Source: Promethearchaeota archaeon (lineage in GTDB: Archaea; Asgardarchaeota; Lokiarchaeia; Sigyniarchaeales; SOKP01). From it: a DNA stretch of 64,000 nucleotides. Below are positions 30,182 to 40,391 of this stretch, piece after piece (the stretch's first letter is position 1; each line of letters opens with the position of its first letter). Below the pieces are notes generated by a model. That model had not been told where the DNA came from. It saw only the letters and a program-made list of their open reading frames with translations, and did not search any database. The stretch is from positions 28,117 through 92,116 of the forward strand of contig SHMW01000009.1 in NCBI GenBank assembly GCA_008080735.1, read 5' to 3'. The translations under genes and the position numbers were made by a program.

Positions 30182-31279
30182 ATGAGTGTTGATCATAATC
30201 GAGAAGATAATATTGAAGGGGGAAAACCTTCCAGTACTCCAGAAAATAGCTTAACTAAGAAAATTTTTCTGAATCTTCTCATAGGAATGTTCTTTCTCAT
30301 GGTTTACTTCTATTTTTCTCAAAGTTTTGGATCCATCTCCACATCGTTCATTAAAAATCCCGAATTATCAATTCAATTCGGAGCTACTTTATTAATATTC
30401 ACATTTCTTTCAGTGTTAGCAGGGCCTATACGTGCGACGATTTTGGGATTTTTGGGGGAATTAATCTATCAGCTTTCCTTTTATGAAAGTCTTAAAATAG
30501 AATGGAGTATAATTGTGGCATTAATAGGATTAACTGTTAGTATCTATAAATACAAGCCCTTGAAATATAAAGATGGGATAAAAGTATATTATACGTTTCT
30601 GACATTGATGATTTCGTCGGTGTTGATAAGTGTTTTAATTGGAGCGGTACAATTTATCATATCTCCATCAATGAGCTTGGAAACAATTATTGGAGATTAT
30701 GGATTCAATTATTTTATGCAAGCACTTCTTTCCATCGTGTTTATTGTACCCTTTCTTCTATTATTGTATGATCGATTTTTAGCAAAAAAAGAACGTCATA
30801 TATATCATTTATTTCTCACTCATCATCCAATATATCAAAGCGACCATACCTTTTTTCTAAAATTCGGCAGAACCTATATATATTTTTGTTCACGTTGTTC
30901 TGGGGCAATACTCGGAGGAATTTTTACAGCATTCTTAATAGATATTCTCCGCAAAGCAATTGGATTTAGTATCAGTCCCGAATTAGCAGTGTGGTTATGT
31001 ATTTTTTTACCCATCCCGGGAATAATAGATTGGGGCACACAGCGATTATTATACCGTAAGAGTACCACGGAATCCAGATTATTTACGGGTTTTATAATTG
31101 GAGTCGCTCTCTATTTTCTAGCCTTCACTGATCAATATTATTTCTTCATGCTTTTTCTTGTGATTTTTTATTTTTCATTAGTGGGTATTCTTATGTGGTT
31201 GGGTCAAAAAAGAGCACTGAAACAAGAACAAGAGGCAGAGAATAATATTCCTTCTTTCGAAGAGGATCAATATGAGTAA
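30182..31279 (+). CDS. ECF S-component-like domain fused to DUF2085-like membrane domain
   Basis: LAGP...ILGFLG in the N-half; HH...FCSRCSG, P..IDW.TQ and R..TG in the C-half. Confidence 0.65.
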   Translation: MSVDHNREDNIEGGKPSSTPENSLTKKIFLNLLIGMFFLMVYFYFSQSFGSISTSFIKNPELSIQFGATLLIFTFLSVLAGPIRATILGFLGELIYQLSFYESLKIEWSIIVALIGLTVSIYKYKPLKYKDGIKVYYTFLTLMISSVLISVLIGAVQFIISPSMSLETIIGDYGFNYFMQALLSIVFIVPFLLLLYDRFLAKKERHIYHLFLTHHPIYQSDHTFFLKFGRTYIYFCSRCSGAILGGIFTAFLIDILRKAIGFSISPELAVWLCIFLPIPGIIDWGTQRLLYRKSTTESRLFTGFIIGVALYFLAFTDQYYFFMLFLVIFYFSLVGILMWLGQKRALKQEQEAENNIPSFEEDQYE

Positions 31280-31784
31280 TGTAATATTTGTTCATGGATT
31301 AGAAAGTTCCGGACACGGATTTAAAGGGAATTTATTTCGAGAAAGGATTCCCGGATGTTTCACGCCTGATTTAAAAGAATACTCTCCCCAAATTCCTTAT
31401 CAGGAATTATTAAAAGAGAGGATGAGACAATTATCAGAGATTCTTGAAAGGAAAAATAAGTGGAAAATTATTGGATCTTCTTTTGGGGGGTTAATGAGTT
31501 CTTTATACACATTAAAGCATTCTAAAAAAGTCCAGAAACTTATTTTATTAGCACCGCTTTTAGCTGTTCCAGAATTGAATCCATCAAAATTCGAAAAGGT
31601 TGATATTCCAGTTATTGTTTACCACGGTAAGAATGATGAGGTAATTTCTATAAAGCCTACCAAGAAACGGGCAAACATGTTATTTAAAAATCTTTCCTAC
31701 AATCTCGTGGATGATGATCACATGCTTCATCCCACTGTAGAGAACTTGAATTGGAAGGAATTACTGAATATAGAGAACGATTGA
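31272..31784 (+). CDS. YqiA-like alpha/beta hydrolase
   Basis: HGLESS, GSSFGG, HGKNDEV and DDHML. Confidence 0.85.
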   Translation: MSNVIFVHGLESSGHGFKGNLFRERIPGCFTPDLKEYSPQIPYQELLKERMRQLSEILERKNKWKIIGSSFGGLMSSLYTLKHSKKVQKLILLAPLLAVPELNPSKFEKVDIPVIVYHGKNDEVISIKPTKKRANMLFKNLSYNLVDDDHMLHPTVENLNWKELLNIEND

Positions 31785-31830
31785 ACCATTTATTAGAAAT
31801 TTCCTCAAAGAGGTATTTTGTTGGGCAAAT

Positions 31831-32715
31831 TCATAATCCTTTTAGCAGTTCGGAAAAATTTGGCTCTTTAAATATGGAATTATATTGCTTTAGCAGGTCA
31901 ATATTAGCGATGTGAATTTTCTTTCCTTCATTATTTTTAGATGATTTAATTAAATCCATCTTTTTCATTTTGTTAAGATGATAATTAATGGTTCCGGGGT
32001 ATACATCTAATTTCTCTGCAATAGTAGAAATGGCAATTGACTCATCTCTAAATAACTCTTCAATAATTTGCGGAATGAGAGGATTTAAGAATAGGGCTTT
32101 AAATTTATCATAATCTTCTGGCACATCTTTTAGAAAGTAATGAAGAGTTTTTCCAATTTTTTTAGACCTAATTAGTTCGAAGTTTTCAAGGGTCATGATA
32201 TGTTTCAAGAATGGCGTTCTAGTAATTCCTAGTTCCTCTTCGATTTTTTCATCCCTAGCATGGATACCAGGGTTCTCCCCAATAAAATCTAATATCGCTG
32301 AGAGTTTATCATTCGATAAAATCTCTAGTTTCGTTCTCCGCTCGTTCGTGACAATCCAATTTTTTTCTTCTAAACTTCTAATTGCCAAGAAAAGATCTTC
32401 TTTGCTGTATCCCTTATTATAGGCAAGTTTTGCGATGCAGGTTGCGTATAATTTTTCGATGATTGGATATTTTTGAATTTTAGCTTGGGATTCAACTTCA
32501 AATTCCGTATCATATCGCTTTAACTTGAGAATGTCCTCAGCTACTTCCAGAACCTCTTTTTCTATCTCAGAGAGTTCCCCTATAAGTATTTTCTCTTCTT
32601 TAGAGACCAAAGGAGTGAAATCTGTTTCTCGGAAAGAACTTTCCTCCAGTACAGTTCCATTCTTTTGTTCTTTAGTATCTCTCCTTCTCTCAAGCGACAT
32701 TTTTTTTAGGATCAC
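31831..32715 (-). CDS. multi winged-helix DNA-binding protein
   Basis: ILDFIGENPGIH...H...LE..ELI and IAEKL.....INYHL..M wHTH repeats. Confidence 0.75.
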   Translation of the reverse strand: MILKKMSLERRRDTKEQKNGTVLEESSFRETDFTPLVSKEEKILIGELSEIEKEVLEVAEDILKLKRYDTEFEVESQAKIQKYPIIEKLYATCIAKLAYNKGYSKEDLFLAIRSLEEKNWIVTNERRTKLEILSNDKLSAILDFIGENPGIHARDEKIEEELGITRTPFLKHIMTLENFELIRSKKIGKTLHYFLKDVPEDYDKFKALFLNPLIPQIIEELFRDESIAISTIAEKLDVYPGTINYHLNKMKKMDLIKSSKNNEGKKIHIANIDLLKQYNSIFKEPNFSELLKGL

Positions 32716-34322
32716 GCATATTTTTCTAAAAATTGGATAAATTCAATCTGTTCTTCAGAGTCCATATATTTAAGCTGTTTAGCGATTTTTTCATAGTTTT
32801 CTGGTTTTACATTAGGAAGTTTTCTAATTTTGTCAATTAATTTTTGTGGAATCCTTTCTTGATAAAGAGTGATAATGGCTTCTATATATTTTATTTGTTG
32901 CTCTTTTGTTAAAAAGGCCAGTTCTCTGAGTAATTCTTGCTTTTCCTTTTTGGGAATCTTTAAATCAATAATTCTCTCTCGAATATCTTTTGAAAGTACT
33001 GCAAATATTTTTGCAAAATATTCTTTCACAAGTTTTTTATCTTTCTCATTTTTTACGGGCAGAAGTGATTCATGTAATTTGGTCTCAATTTCCTCTTCCT
33101 TATATTTTGAAATCTCTTGTTCTCTACTTTTTTTCTCTTCCAACTCTTCCTTTTTTATTTTTGTGATTTCCTTTTTAACTTGTTCCTTTTTTTCTTCGGT
33201 TATTTCGATTTTTTCGGGTTCTTTAACCGAATCTATTTCTTGGAGGTCTGGTTTTGGTAATTTCTCTTCCCTTTCTTGGGGGACGGGTTTTGCTGGTTCC
33301 TTTTCTTGAGATTTTTCTCTTTTCAATTGGATCTCTTCTTTTTTATATCCTTCAGGCTTAGCAAGATATAAAATGAATAAGAGAATTCCTTTTAGCAAGA
33401 TAAATATCCCAGCGGAAAAAAACATCACGCTAAGAACTCCTAAAATAAAGGTTCTCACGCCGTCTTTGACTTTAAAGGATTGTTTATATTTTATTTTATT
33501 TTTTAAATGATAATCTATAATTAAGGGAATAATAGCTAAAAGTAGAAACACACCATATACGATGAGATAAGGAAAAATCTTCATAATATTGGAGGGGGAG
33601 ATATACAGTAAATATAAGCCGAATGGCTCACCTTGGATCTCAATACCACCACCAAATAAAGCAGTGAATACAAAAATTATTATGATAAAACCGGCTTTAG
33701 AAGAGAAATGGTTCAGTGAATTTTTCGCCAGCAGACCTATATCGTATGCATTTTCCCCTGTGTTTTTTCTATTCAAGATTACAAATAATATTAATAATAT
33801 TCCTTTGAGTAATAGGAATGCTCCAGAGCCGTAAATTATGCATCCTAATATACCAAAACAAAATCCATCAAGAAGAATATCTCCATACTTACCTTCTTGG
33901 ATATGTTTTGAAATATATCGTTTATCTATGGCAGTAATAATAATACCTATGATTCCGAGGAGTGATTGACGAATGACTATTAGCATCCAATCATCGAGAT
34001 TCCAGATTATTTCCAATATCATCGCGAAAGCTACAAGTGCTCCGATTAAGCTGATAATATAAGTAAATTTATTGAGATTCTGAATTGCCTTATTTAAGGA
34101 GGAGTAGGTTTTGGGTTTATGAAGAGATTTCGTAAAACTTCTTGGATAAGATCTTCTTTCAGGAGCCTCAAATTGTCTCTGAGTAAATCTTTTCCCCTCT
34201 AAACTAAACGGTTTACCACAATGTTCACAATAAACTTGAGTTCCCTCTTCAATTAACTGCGATAGTTCATCTGGAAAAAGATACCCGCACTCTGAGCACA
34301 CAAACACTTTTTTCTTAGACAT
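32712..34322 (-). CDS. Zn-ribbon membrane protein with charged linker and helical C-domain
   Basis: CSECG...CEHCG; about 8 TMs in two repeats; stop overlaps the next gene. Confidence 0.7.
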   Translation of the reverse strand: MSKKKVFVCSECGYLFPDELSQLIEEGTQVYCEHCGKPFSLEGKRFTQRQFEAPERRSYPRSFTKSLHKPKTYSSLNKAIQNLNKFTYIISLIGALVAFAMILEIIWNLDDWMLIVIRQSLLGIIGIIITAIDKRYISKHIQEGKYGDILLDGFCFGILGCIIYGSGAFLLLKGILLILFVILNRKNTGENAYDIGLLAKNSLNHFSSKAGFIIIIFVFTALFGGGIEIQGEPFGLYLLYISPSNIMKIFPYLIVYGVFLLLAIIPLIIDYHLKNKIKYKQSFKVKDGVRTFILGVLSVMFFSAGIFILLKGILLFILYLAKPEGYKKEEIQLKREKSQEKEPAKPVPQEREEKLPKPDLQEIDSVKEPEKIEITEEKKEQVKKEITKIKKEELEEKKSREQEISKYKEEEIETKLHESLLPVKNEKDKKLVKEYFAKIFAVLSKDIRERIIDLKIPKKEKQELLRELAFLTKEQQIKYIEAIITLYQERIPQKLIDKIRKLPNVKPENYEKIAKQLKYMDSEEQIEFIQFLEKYA

Positions 34323-34586
34323 ATATCACACTGACTTATATGTGTTATTTGTTTTTTATAGTTTATTTTTTTTGTTATTTTCGCAAATTTGCTACTCTTA
34401 GATTTATTATTCTATATAATTCTTATTCAACTCTTTTTTCTAATTTGATATACAAATCAGTTCAGCAATTTAAAAATAACATTCTCTATGAAAAATGTTG
34501 TTTTAATAATAAAAAATAAAATGGAGTCCAATTTTTTCATATCGGATCTATTAAAATTAGCTAAAGGTCAAATCTCGATTTCTTTT

Positions 34587-35459
34587 TCACATTAAATTCT
34601 TGATTTGTGGAAGTGATTTTACCAGTGTTTGAATTGCCCTGTCTATTCCATTTTCCATATCTGGGTGGATTTCATTCGTTTCTAAGAGGTCATATTCGGT
34701 TCCCGGAAGATCGGAAACGGCTAAAATCGCGCTTGTTTCGAGATTATATTGTTTTCCCAATAAAAACATGACACTTGACTCCATATCAATCGCCTCAACG
34801 TTTATGGCTCTCATTGCGTTGAGAAAATCGGTAGTCTCACAGAAAAGGGCATCGGTCGTCCATAGATCAACTTTTTTAAGATTTTTTGGATATAATTTTC
34901 TACCCTCCTTGAATAAAGTATTTGTTAAATCTTCATGAGGGGTGGTAATAAATATCTCAGGACAACCTGCGATTAAACTTTGAAATCTGCTTATGGGATT
35001 TGAAACAGAGCCAAAACGCGTTGAAAGTCCGGGAAATTTCAAGATATATTGAGGAGAAGTTCCATCACCGCAATAGGTAGCATTTGGAATGATAACATCT
35101 CCGATATTAATATTTGAACTTAACCCTGAAACGCCACCACAAAAATCTACACGAATTATCTTCTTTGCTTTAGTTCTTCTGAGACTCTCAATCATGATGG
35201 CCATATTTGGAGCTCCTACATGACATTGAATAATACTCACTCTTATCCCATTAATAATCCCATTATAGACTTTTCCTTGTTTATTTTTACCATCTAATTT
35301 ATTTACCAACTTTTTCATTACAGCTTTTACTGTTGGAAGAATGACGATATCATTTACATGATCTGGTTTTGTTTCTAGAAACATTCGGACAATTTTTTCA
35401 TCAACATCGATAAATTTCAATCCTAAATTCAAAAGCTCAGATTTAATTCTGTTTATCAT
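34587..35459 (-). CDS. purine/uridine nucleoside phosphorylase family protein
   Basis: VGAP, IIRVDFCG, GDGTS, TTDALFCE, IDMES and VSD. Confidence 0.85.
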   Translation of the reverse strand: MINRIKSELLNLGLKFIDVDEKIVRMFLETKPDHVNDIVILPTVKAVMKKLVNKLDGKNKQGKVYNGIINGIRVSIIQCHVGAPNMAIMIESLRRTKAKKIIRVDFCGGVSGLSSNINIGDVIIPNATYCGDGTSPQYILKFPGLSTRFGSVSNPISRFQSLIAGCPEIFITTPHEDLTNTLFKEGRKLYPKNLKKVDLWTTDALFCETTDFLNAMRAINVEAIDMESSVMFLLGKQYNLETSAILAVSDLPGTEYDLLETNEIHPDMENGIDRAIQTLVKSLPQIKNLM

Positions 35460-35592
35460 ATTAAACCAATTTGTTATTTTTTATAAGTTAGATTCTATTT
35501 ATATCTACACTTATAATTCTAAATTGAAATCCTTATTATTTTTAGTTTTTTATTGTTAATAAGGATAAATGAGATTTATGTGATTTGGTTAT

Positions 35593-36879
35593 ATGAAAAA
35601 TCGGTATATCAAGGATAATACTATTACAAATGAGTTTGTTGAAACCTATACAAAATCGACTTACAGAATAATTGGCGACCATAAGCATACTGCGATTAAG
35701 CCATGCCATTGGTTAGAACAAAAATTAATGACTGGCAGATCAAATCGTAATTGTTATAAAGAAGTTTTTGGCGTTGAGAGTCATAGATGTCTTCAAAATA
35801 CTCCATCACTGCCCTTTTGCAATCATCAGTGCGTCTTTTGTTGGAGAGATATCGAGCAAGGATCAATAGGAAGTGAATTTTTAGTTGAGCCCGATAATCC
35901 CGAAGATTTGGTAGAGGAAATGTTTCGTCATCAACAAGATATAATTAAAAATCATTTACCCCTCAAAAGATATCTCGATAACTATGAGATTATGATTGAT
36001 CTTGTTTATTATATGCTTCTCCATGATGGATTACATAGTATTGATTCCCTTGCCACCCATATCCATGTAAGTAAGAATAAAATCACACGAGCATTGAATC
36101 TCCTTAAAAATCAAGGCTTCATCACCCCAATTGGTACAGATATGAAGCATTATGAGTTGAATTATGAAATAAAAAATTCATTAGAAACGAAAGACGAAGC
36201 AGAGCTTTTAATAAAAAGAGAATTAACCAGTCCAGATGACATCATGCGAGCACATTCAGAAGCTTTATATCCCAATCATGCGGCAATATCATTAGATGGA
36301 GAACCACTTTTATACCCTCGAATTTCAGAGTTAATTCATGAATTTAAAAAACGGAACATGACTACTTTTGTCGTGACCAATGGAACTCTTCCGCAAAGAA
36401 TCGAAAAATTATCTCCCCTTCCTTCTCAATTATACATCACCCTACCCGCACCCAATGAAAAAGTCTACAAAAAAACCTGTAGACCTATGATTAAAAATGG
36501 GTGGGAAAATATTATGGAGAGCATAAATTTAGTTGATTCACTTTCCACTAGAACTTTAATACGGTTAACTGCGGTTCAAAACCTTAATATTGATGGTTAT
36601 TTGGATGAATATATCAGTCTAATTGAAAAAGCCAATCCAAATTTCTTTGAAATAAAAGGATTTACCTTACAAGCAAAAGCATTAGACATCAATAAAAGAC
36701 TAAAGAGCGACCAACCAGTTCAAGACTTTTTTCCGGATTATCAAAATCTCAAACAATTAGCAATAGAATTCGAGAAAAAGAGCGGTTTTCCTATAATATA
36801 TACAAATGAGACCAGTCGAGACATTTTATTCGCTGTGGATTGGAACAAAAATAAAGACCCTATAATCAAGAAGCCTTAA
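35593..36879 (+). CDS. taw1: 4-demethylwyosine synthase Taw1/TYW1 (radical SAM) with inserted wHTH
   Basis: KPCHW, CYK..FG..SHRC, CNHQCVFCWR, HAAISLDGEP and VTNGT. Confidence 0.92.
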   Translation: MKNRYIKDNTITNEFVETYTKSTYRIIGDHKHTAIKPCHWLEQKLMTGRSNRNCYKEVFGVESHRCLQNTPSLPFCNHQCVFCWRDIEQGSIGSEFLVEPDNPEDLVEEMFRHQQDIIKNHLPLKRYLDNYEIMIDLVYYMLLHDGLHSIDSLATHIHVSKNKITRALNLLKNQGFITPIGTDMKHYELNYEIKNSLETKDEAELLIKRELTSPDDIMRAHSEALYPNHAAISLDGEPLLYPRISELIHEFKKRNMTTFVVTNGTLPQRIEKLSPLPSQLYITLPAPNEKVYKKTCRPMIKNGWENIMESINLVDSLSTRTLIRLTAVQNLNIDGYLDEYISLIEKANPNFFEIKGFTLQAKALDINKRLKSDQPVQDFFPDYQNLKQLAIEFEKKSGFPIIYTNETSRDILFAVDWNKNKDPIIKKP

Positions 36880-36886
36880 TTCGATA

Positions 36887-38110
36887 TCATGGATTCAGAA
36901 ATATTTTCATAAAACGTTCTCCATTCTCAATTAATTTATACTCCCCATATTTTCCGCTTAATTCTGAAAATGGTCTTTTAGTATTATGTTTATAATCCGG
37001 ATTAAAAATAGCAAATGGAACGGGTTCGGCTGAATGGGTTCGTATCTCACATGGAGTAGGATGATCTGGTAAAACACCAATAATCAATTCATTGCTAAAA
37101 TCTTTTTCTGCTCGAAGTAGTGGACCCATAACTTTCTCATCAAAATCTTTTAAGGCATCTATTTTCTTTTTCGGATCACCAGTATGCCCCATCTCATCAA
37201 TAGCTTCAATATGCAAATAGACGAAGTCTCTTTGCTTCAGTTCATTTATAGCGGCCTCTACTTTTCCCGCATAATTCGTATCTGGGAGTCCTGTTGCTCC
37301 TTCCACATGTATGGGTTTTAGTCCCGCTGCGATTCCTAACCCAAAAATCAAATCGACCGCAGAAATTACCGAACCATTAAGGCCATATTTCTTATAAAAA
37401 GGCTGGATTTTTGGTTTTTTGCCTCCACTCCATGGCCAAATATTCGTTGCGATGTTCTTTCCGATTTCTTTTCTATTTTGATTTATAGTATGAGGGACTA
37501 ATAATGTATTACTTTTTTCTATCAATTCGATTATTTTTTCTGCAGTTTTTTGGGCTCTCTTATCCTCATAATTGGAAGGTTTTGGAAGATATTCTTTATA
37601 GGATTCATCCAGAACATCATGAGGGGGAGTAGTGATGATATTTTCTGAAAATACAGTCCCATTTAGTTTTAATATGTGTCTGTATTGTACACCAGGATAA
37701 AAATCAATACCATCTTCTGCTAAATGTTTTTGAAGAAATTGTATTAACTCTTGACTTTCAGGGGTGGAGATATGCCCCGAAGAATAATCTTTAATTAAAT
37801 CATTCTTAATAGTTATTAAATTGCATCTAAAAGCTATATCAGTATCATTCAAGGGAACATTAGCACTCAATGCTTCCAATGGGCCCCTTCCTGTGAGATC
37901 CTTTTCTGGATTATATCCCATTATTGTCATATTGGCACATTCACTCCCAGGCTTCATACCTTTTGGGATTGTCCTAAGTAATCCCATTTTCCCATGGGAG
38001 GCGATCCAATCCAAATTAGGAGTTTGAGTTGCTTCAAAGATTGTTTTATTACCCAGAGTTTCGATAGGCCAATCTGCTGCTCCGTCACATATTATAATTA
38101 AAAATTTCAT
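36887..38110 (-). CDS. apgM: cofactor-independent phosphoglycerate mutase
   Basis: DGAAD, PGSE.AN, GRGPLEA, AFRCN, DEMGH, DHPTP and HS..PVP. Confidence 0.92.
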   Translation of the reverse strand: MKFLIIICDGAADWPIETLGNKTIFEATQTPNLDWIASHGKMGLLRTIPKGMKPGSECANMTIMGYNPEKDLTGRGPLEALSANVPLNDTDIAFRCNLITIKNDLIKDYSSGHISTPESQELIQFLQKHLAEDGIDFYPGVQYRHILKLNGTVFSENIITTPPHDVLDESYKEYLPKPSNYEDKRAQKTAEKIIELIEKSNTLLVPHTINQNRKEIGKNIATNIWPWSGGKKPKIQPFYKKYGLNGSVISAVDLIFGLGIAAGLKPIHVEGATGLPDTNYAGKVEAAINELKQRDFVYLHIEAIDEMGHTGDPKKKIDALKDFDEKVMGPLLRAEKDFSNELIIGVLPDHPTPCEIRTHSAEPVPFAIFNPDYKHNTKRPFSELSGKYGEYKLIENGERFMKIFLNP

Positions 38111-38207
38111 TGATTAGTTCCAATTAATGATTATTTAGAATTTTAACTATATTTCCAGAATATTGCCTTTTTTATGAAATCTCTTTCGAAAATAGATTTT
38201 TTAATAT

Positions 38208-38864
38208 TTATTTATCCTGAGCTTCTTGATAATTTCTTAATACATAATAGAGCGCTTGCTTTAAATCTCCTAAATTTGTTTTTTTTAATGCGGAAAACTC
38301 TAAATAGGGTAGCGCTTGCGCATAGTCATACCCGAAATCGTCCAAATGCACAAGATTCAACCCATATTGTCTTGCTGTGTTAACAAAATAAGTTATAATT
38401 CTTCTTTTATCAAAAACAGATACTTTGTCAACTTTATTGATTAAAATTATGAGTGGGATAGCGAATTCCAGCAAAAATGTAATCAATTCAAAGCTCAAGG
38501 GAATTGTCTGCTTCTTTTTATAAAAATATTTCTCAAGCTCGTCCTCAATCCTTAAGATATTAATGACCACTAATCCTAAAAAATATCTCCTGTGGTGTTT
38601 TTCGATATGCGAGATAGTCTGTTTCTTAATATGTTCCTCTCGTCGATGACTGCTTTTTTTGGCAAATCCAAATCCTGGCAGATCTACTATTTCGTACTGC
38701 ATATCTTCCTGGTGGATCGGTTTGATCAGTAAGGTACTTCCAGGAGTCTTTCCAATTTTACCTTTATATCCGCTGGGGTTTGACAAAAGGAGTTTTGTGA
38801 TAGTACTTTTACCCGTATTAGCATTCCCGATGATTAATAATCGAGGGTGTAAAACGTGCGCCAT
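38208..38864 (-). CDS. engB: EngB/YihA family GTPase
   Basis: GNANTGKS, PGST, DLPGFG, NKVD and SA. Confidence 0.8.
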   Translation of the reverse strand: MAHVLHPRLLIIGNANTGKSTITKLLLSNPSGYKGKIGKTPGSTLLIKPIHQEDMQYEIVDLPGFGFAKKSSHRREEHIKKQTISHIEKHHRRYFLGLVVINILRIEDELEKYFYKKKQTIPLSFELITFLLEFAIPLIILINKVDKVSVFDKRRIITYFVNTARQYGLNLVHLDDFGYDYAQALPYLEFSALKKTNLGDLKQALYYVLRNYQEAQDK

Positions 38865-38944
38865 AATTGGAAAATCTTATTTTATAAGTTAAGGTAGATA
38901 ATCAATAAAATGAAATAAAATTTAGGACTTTAAAATTTTTTTAT

Positions 38945-38971
38945 TTCCTTCAGTCCTTAACACTGAAGGAA
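38945..38971. other. perfect 10-bp inverted repeat (hairpin or operator)
   Basis: TTCCTTCAGT-CCTTAAC-ACTGAAGGAA. Confidence 0.5.
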
Positions 38972-39113
38972 TACTTTTTACATCAGGATGATGATATCGT
39001 TTATTATAAGCCACAATTTCTCCGTAAATTACCTGATTAGGTATATGTCAGTCCTCTACTCAAAAATGAAATATCGGCAATAATGGTAATAATAAAAATA
39101 AAGAAAAATAATG

Positions 39114-39290
39114 CTACTTTTCAAGTTGGTCTCTTAAATACATATTAACTGTCTCGTATTCGGACAGAATACCGTGTTGAAACTTATTCTTCGCTTTTTC
39201 CAGGCATTCCGGACAAATTGCTAAGTTTAAGTCATTTTTGAATTCTTTTTCACAGTCTAAACAAAGGTGATACTTGTCTAATGTTAACAT
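39114..39290 (-). CDS. 58-aa Zn-finger microprotein
   Basis: Manual translation MLTLDKYHLCLDCEKEFKNDLNLAICPECLEKAK...; two CxxC motifs. Confidence 0.7.
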   Translation of the reverse strand: MLTLDKYHLCLDCEKEFKNDLNLAICPECLEKAKNKFQHGILSEYETVNMYLRDQLEK

Positions 39291-39416
39291 TTTAAAATTC
39301 CTATTACTAAAAATTATGTTACAAAAAGTAGTAAAAAGCTGCTTAAATAAAGGGAGGGAGCATAAATTTTCTAAATAATTCGTGAAACTGAATAAGCAAA
39401 TAATAATGAGTAGACC

Positions 39417-40277
39417 TTAGAATTCGGAAAAATCTTCTTCTAAAAATTCTCGGAACATTCGTTTTTTTTTCTCCTCTTCAATCTGCGGTTTTGTAATTAT
39501 GGGATCACCTGCTTTTTCCAGTATTTCTTGAATGGTGGTGATATCATAATTGATCTTAAATGATCCTCCAGTAACGTAGCGAACGACTTGCTCTTGATTT
39601 ATCTTGAGGCGAAGGATATATCCTAATCCAAAATAAAATTGGTGCTCTGGGATCGGATTTATTGCGCTCTTACTTGTATCATCTTTAAGCATTTCGTAAA
39701 GAATATTTTTACTTGCGGTATGATCTTCGACTTCGAACGCAAGGTAATAGAGCGCATGATACCAAATTTTATCTCGTTTGTCTTGAATATAATCCAGAAA
39801 ATCATCCTCAGTAGTAGCCTCCCGCTGCTCCTCTTCTTTCTTTTTTTCGCGAAGTTCTTCTTGTATGCGTTTTTCAATATCGTCAGAAAGAGAAGAGGTG
39901 GGTTTTTGAGAGTCTGATTTTCCCTGGGATAAGGTTTCTTCCTGTTTTACCGTATCAACGGCTTGTTTCATCTGCATCAACTCCTCCAAATCCATTTTTC
40001 CAAGATCAGAGAAGTCTACCAGCATCTCTTCTTTCGATTCTAAAGTGTCTTGAACCTCGTCCATAGGTTCCTCTTCTTCTAAAACTTCAAGGGCTTCTCC
40101 ACTCTGCTCCACTTCTTTAACTTGAGAGATTGCTTTTTTCATATCTTCAATTTCTTCCATATCTAACTCTTCTAAATCAGAATAATCAGACTGGAGCTCC
40201 GCAATCTCATTCAAATACACTTGATAATCTTCATTTTCTTCCTTTGCGATTTTATTGTTTTTCTCCTCTTCGGCCAT
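39417..40277 (-). CDS. hypothetical protein with acidic N-terminus and globular C-domain
   Basis: 286-aa ORF; AGGTGG SD upstream. Confidence 0.75.
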   Translation of the reverse strand: MAEEEKNNKIAKEENEDYQVYLNEIAELQSDYSDLEELDMEEIEDMKKAISQVKEVEQSGEALEVLEEEEPMDEVQDTLESKEEMLVDFSDLGKMDLEELMQMKQAVDTVKQEETLSQGKSDSQKPTSSLSDDIEKRIQEELREKKKEEEQREATTEDDFLDYIQDKRDKIWYHALYYLAFEVEDHTASKNILYEMLKDDTSKSAINPIPEHQFYFGLGYILRLKINQEQVVRYVTGGSFKINYDITTIQEILEKAGDPIITKPQIEEEKKKRMFREFLEEDFSEF

Positions 40278-40391
40278 AACAATCCACCTTACATTAAAGA
40301 TTCCTTCACATTTAGATTATTTATCTACACATCAATATTATTATGAAAATATAATAATTAAAATTATTTTGACCATTTATCATGATAAGCT

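Noticed and set aside
35593-36879. Taw1 insertion as an intein
   Set aside because: No C/S-start and HN-C/S/T splice motifs; the insert looks like a wHTH.
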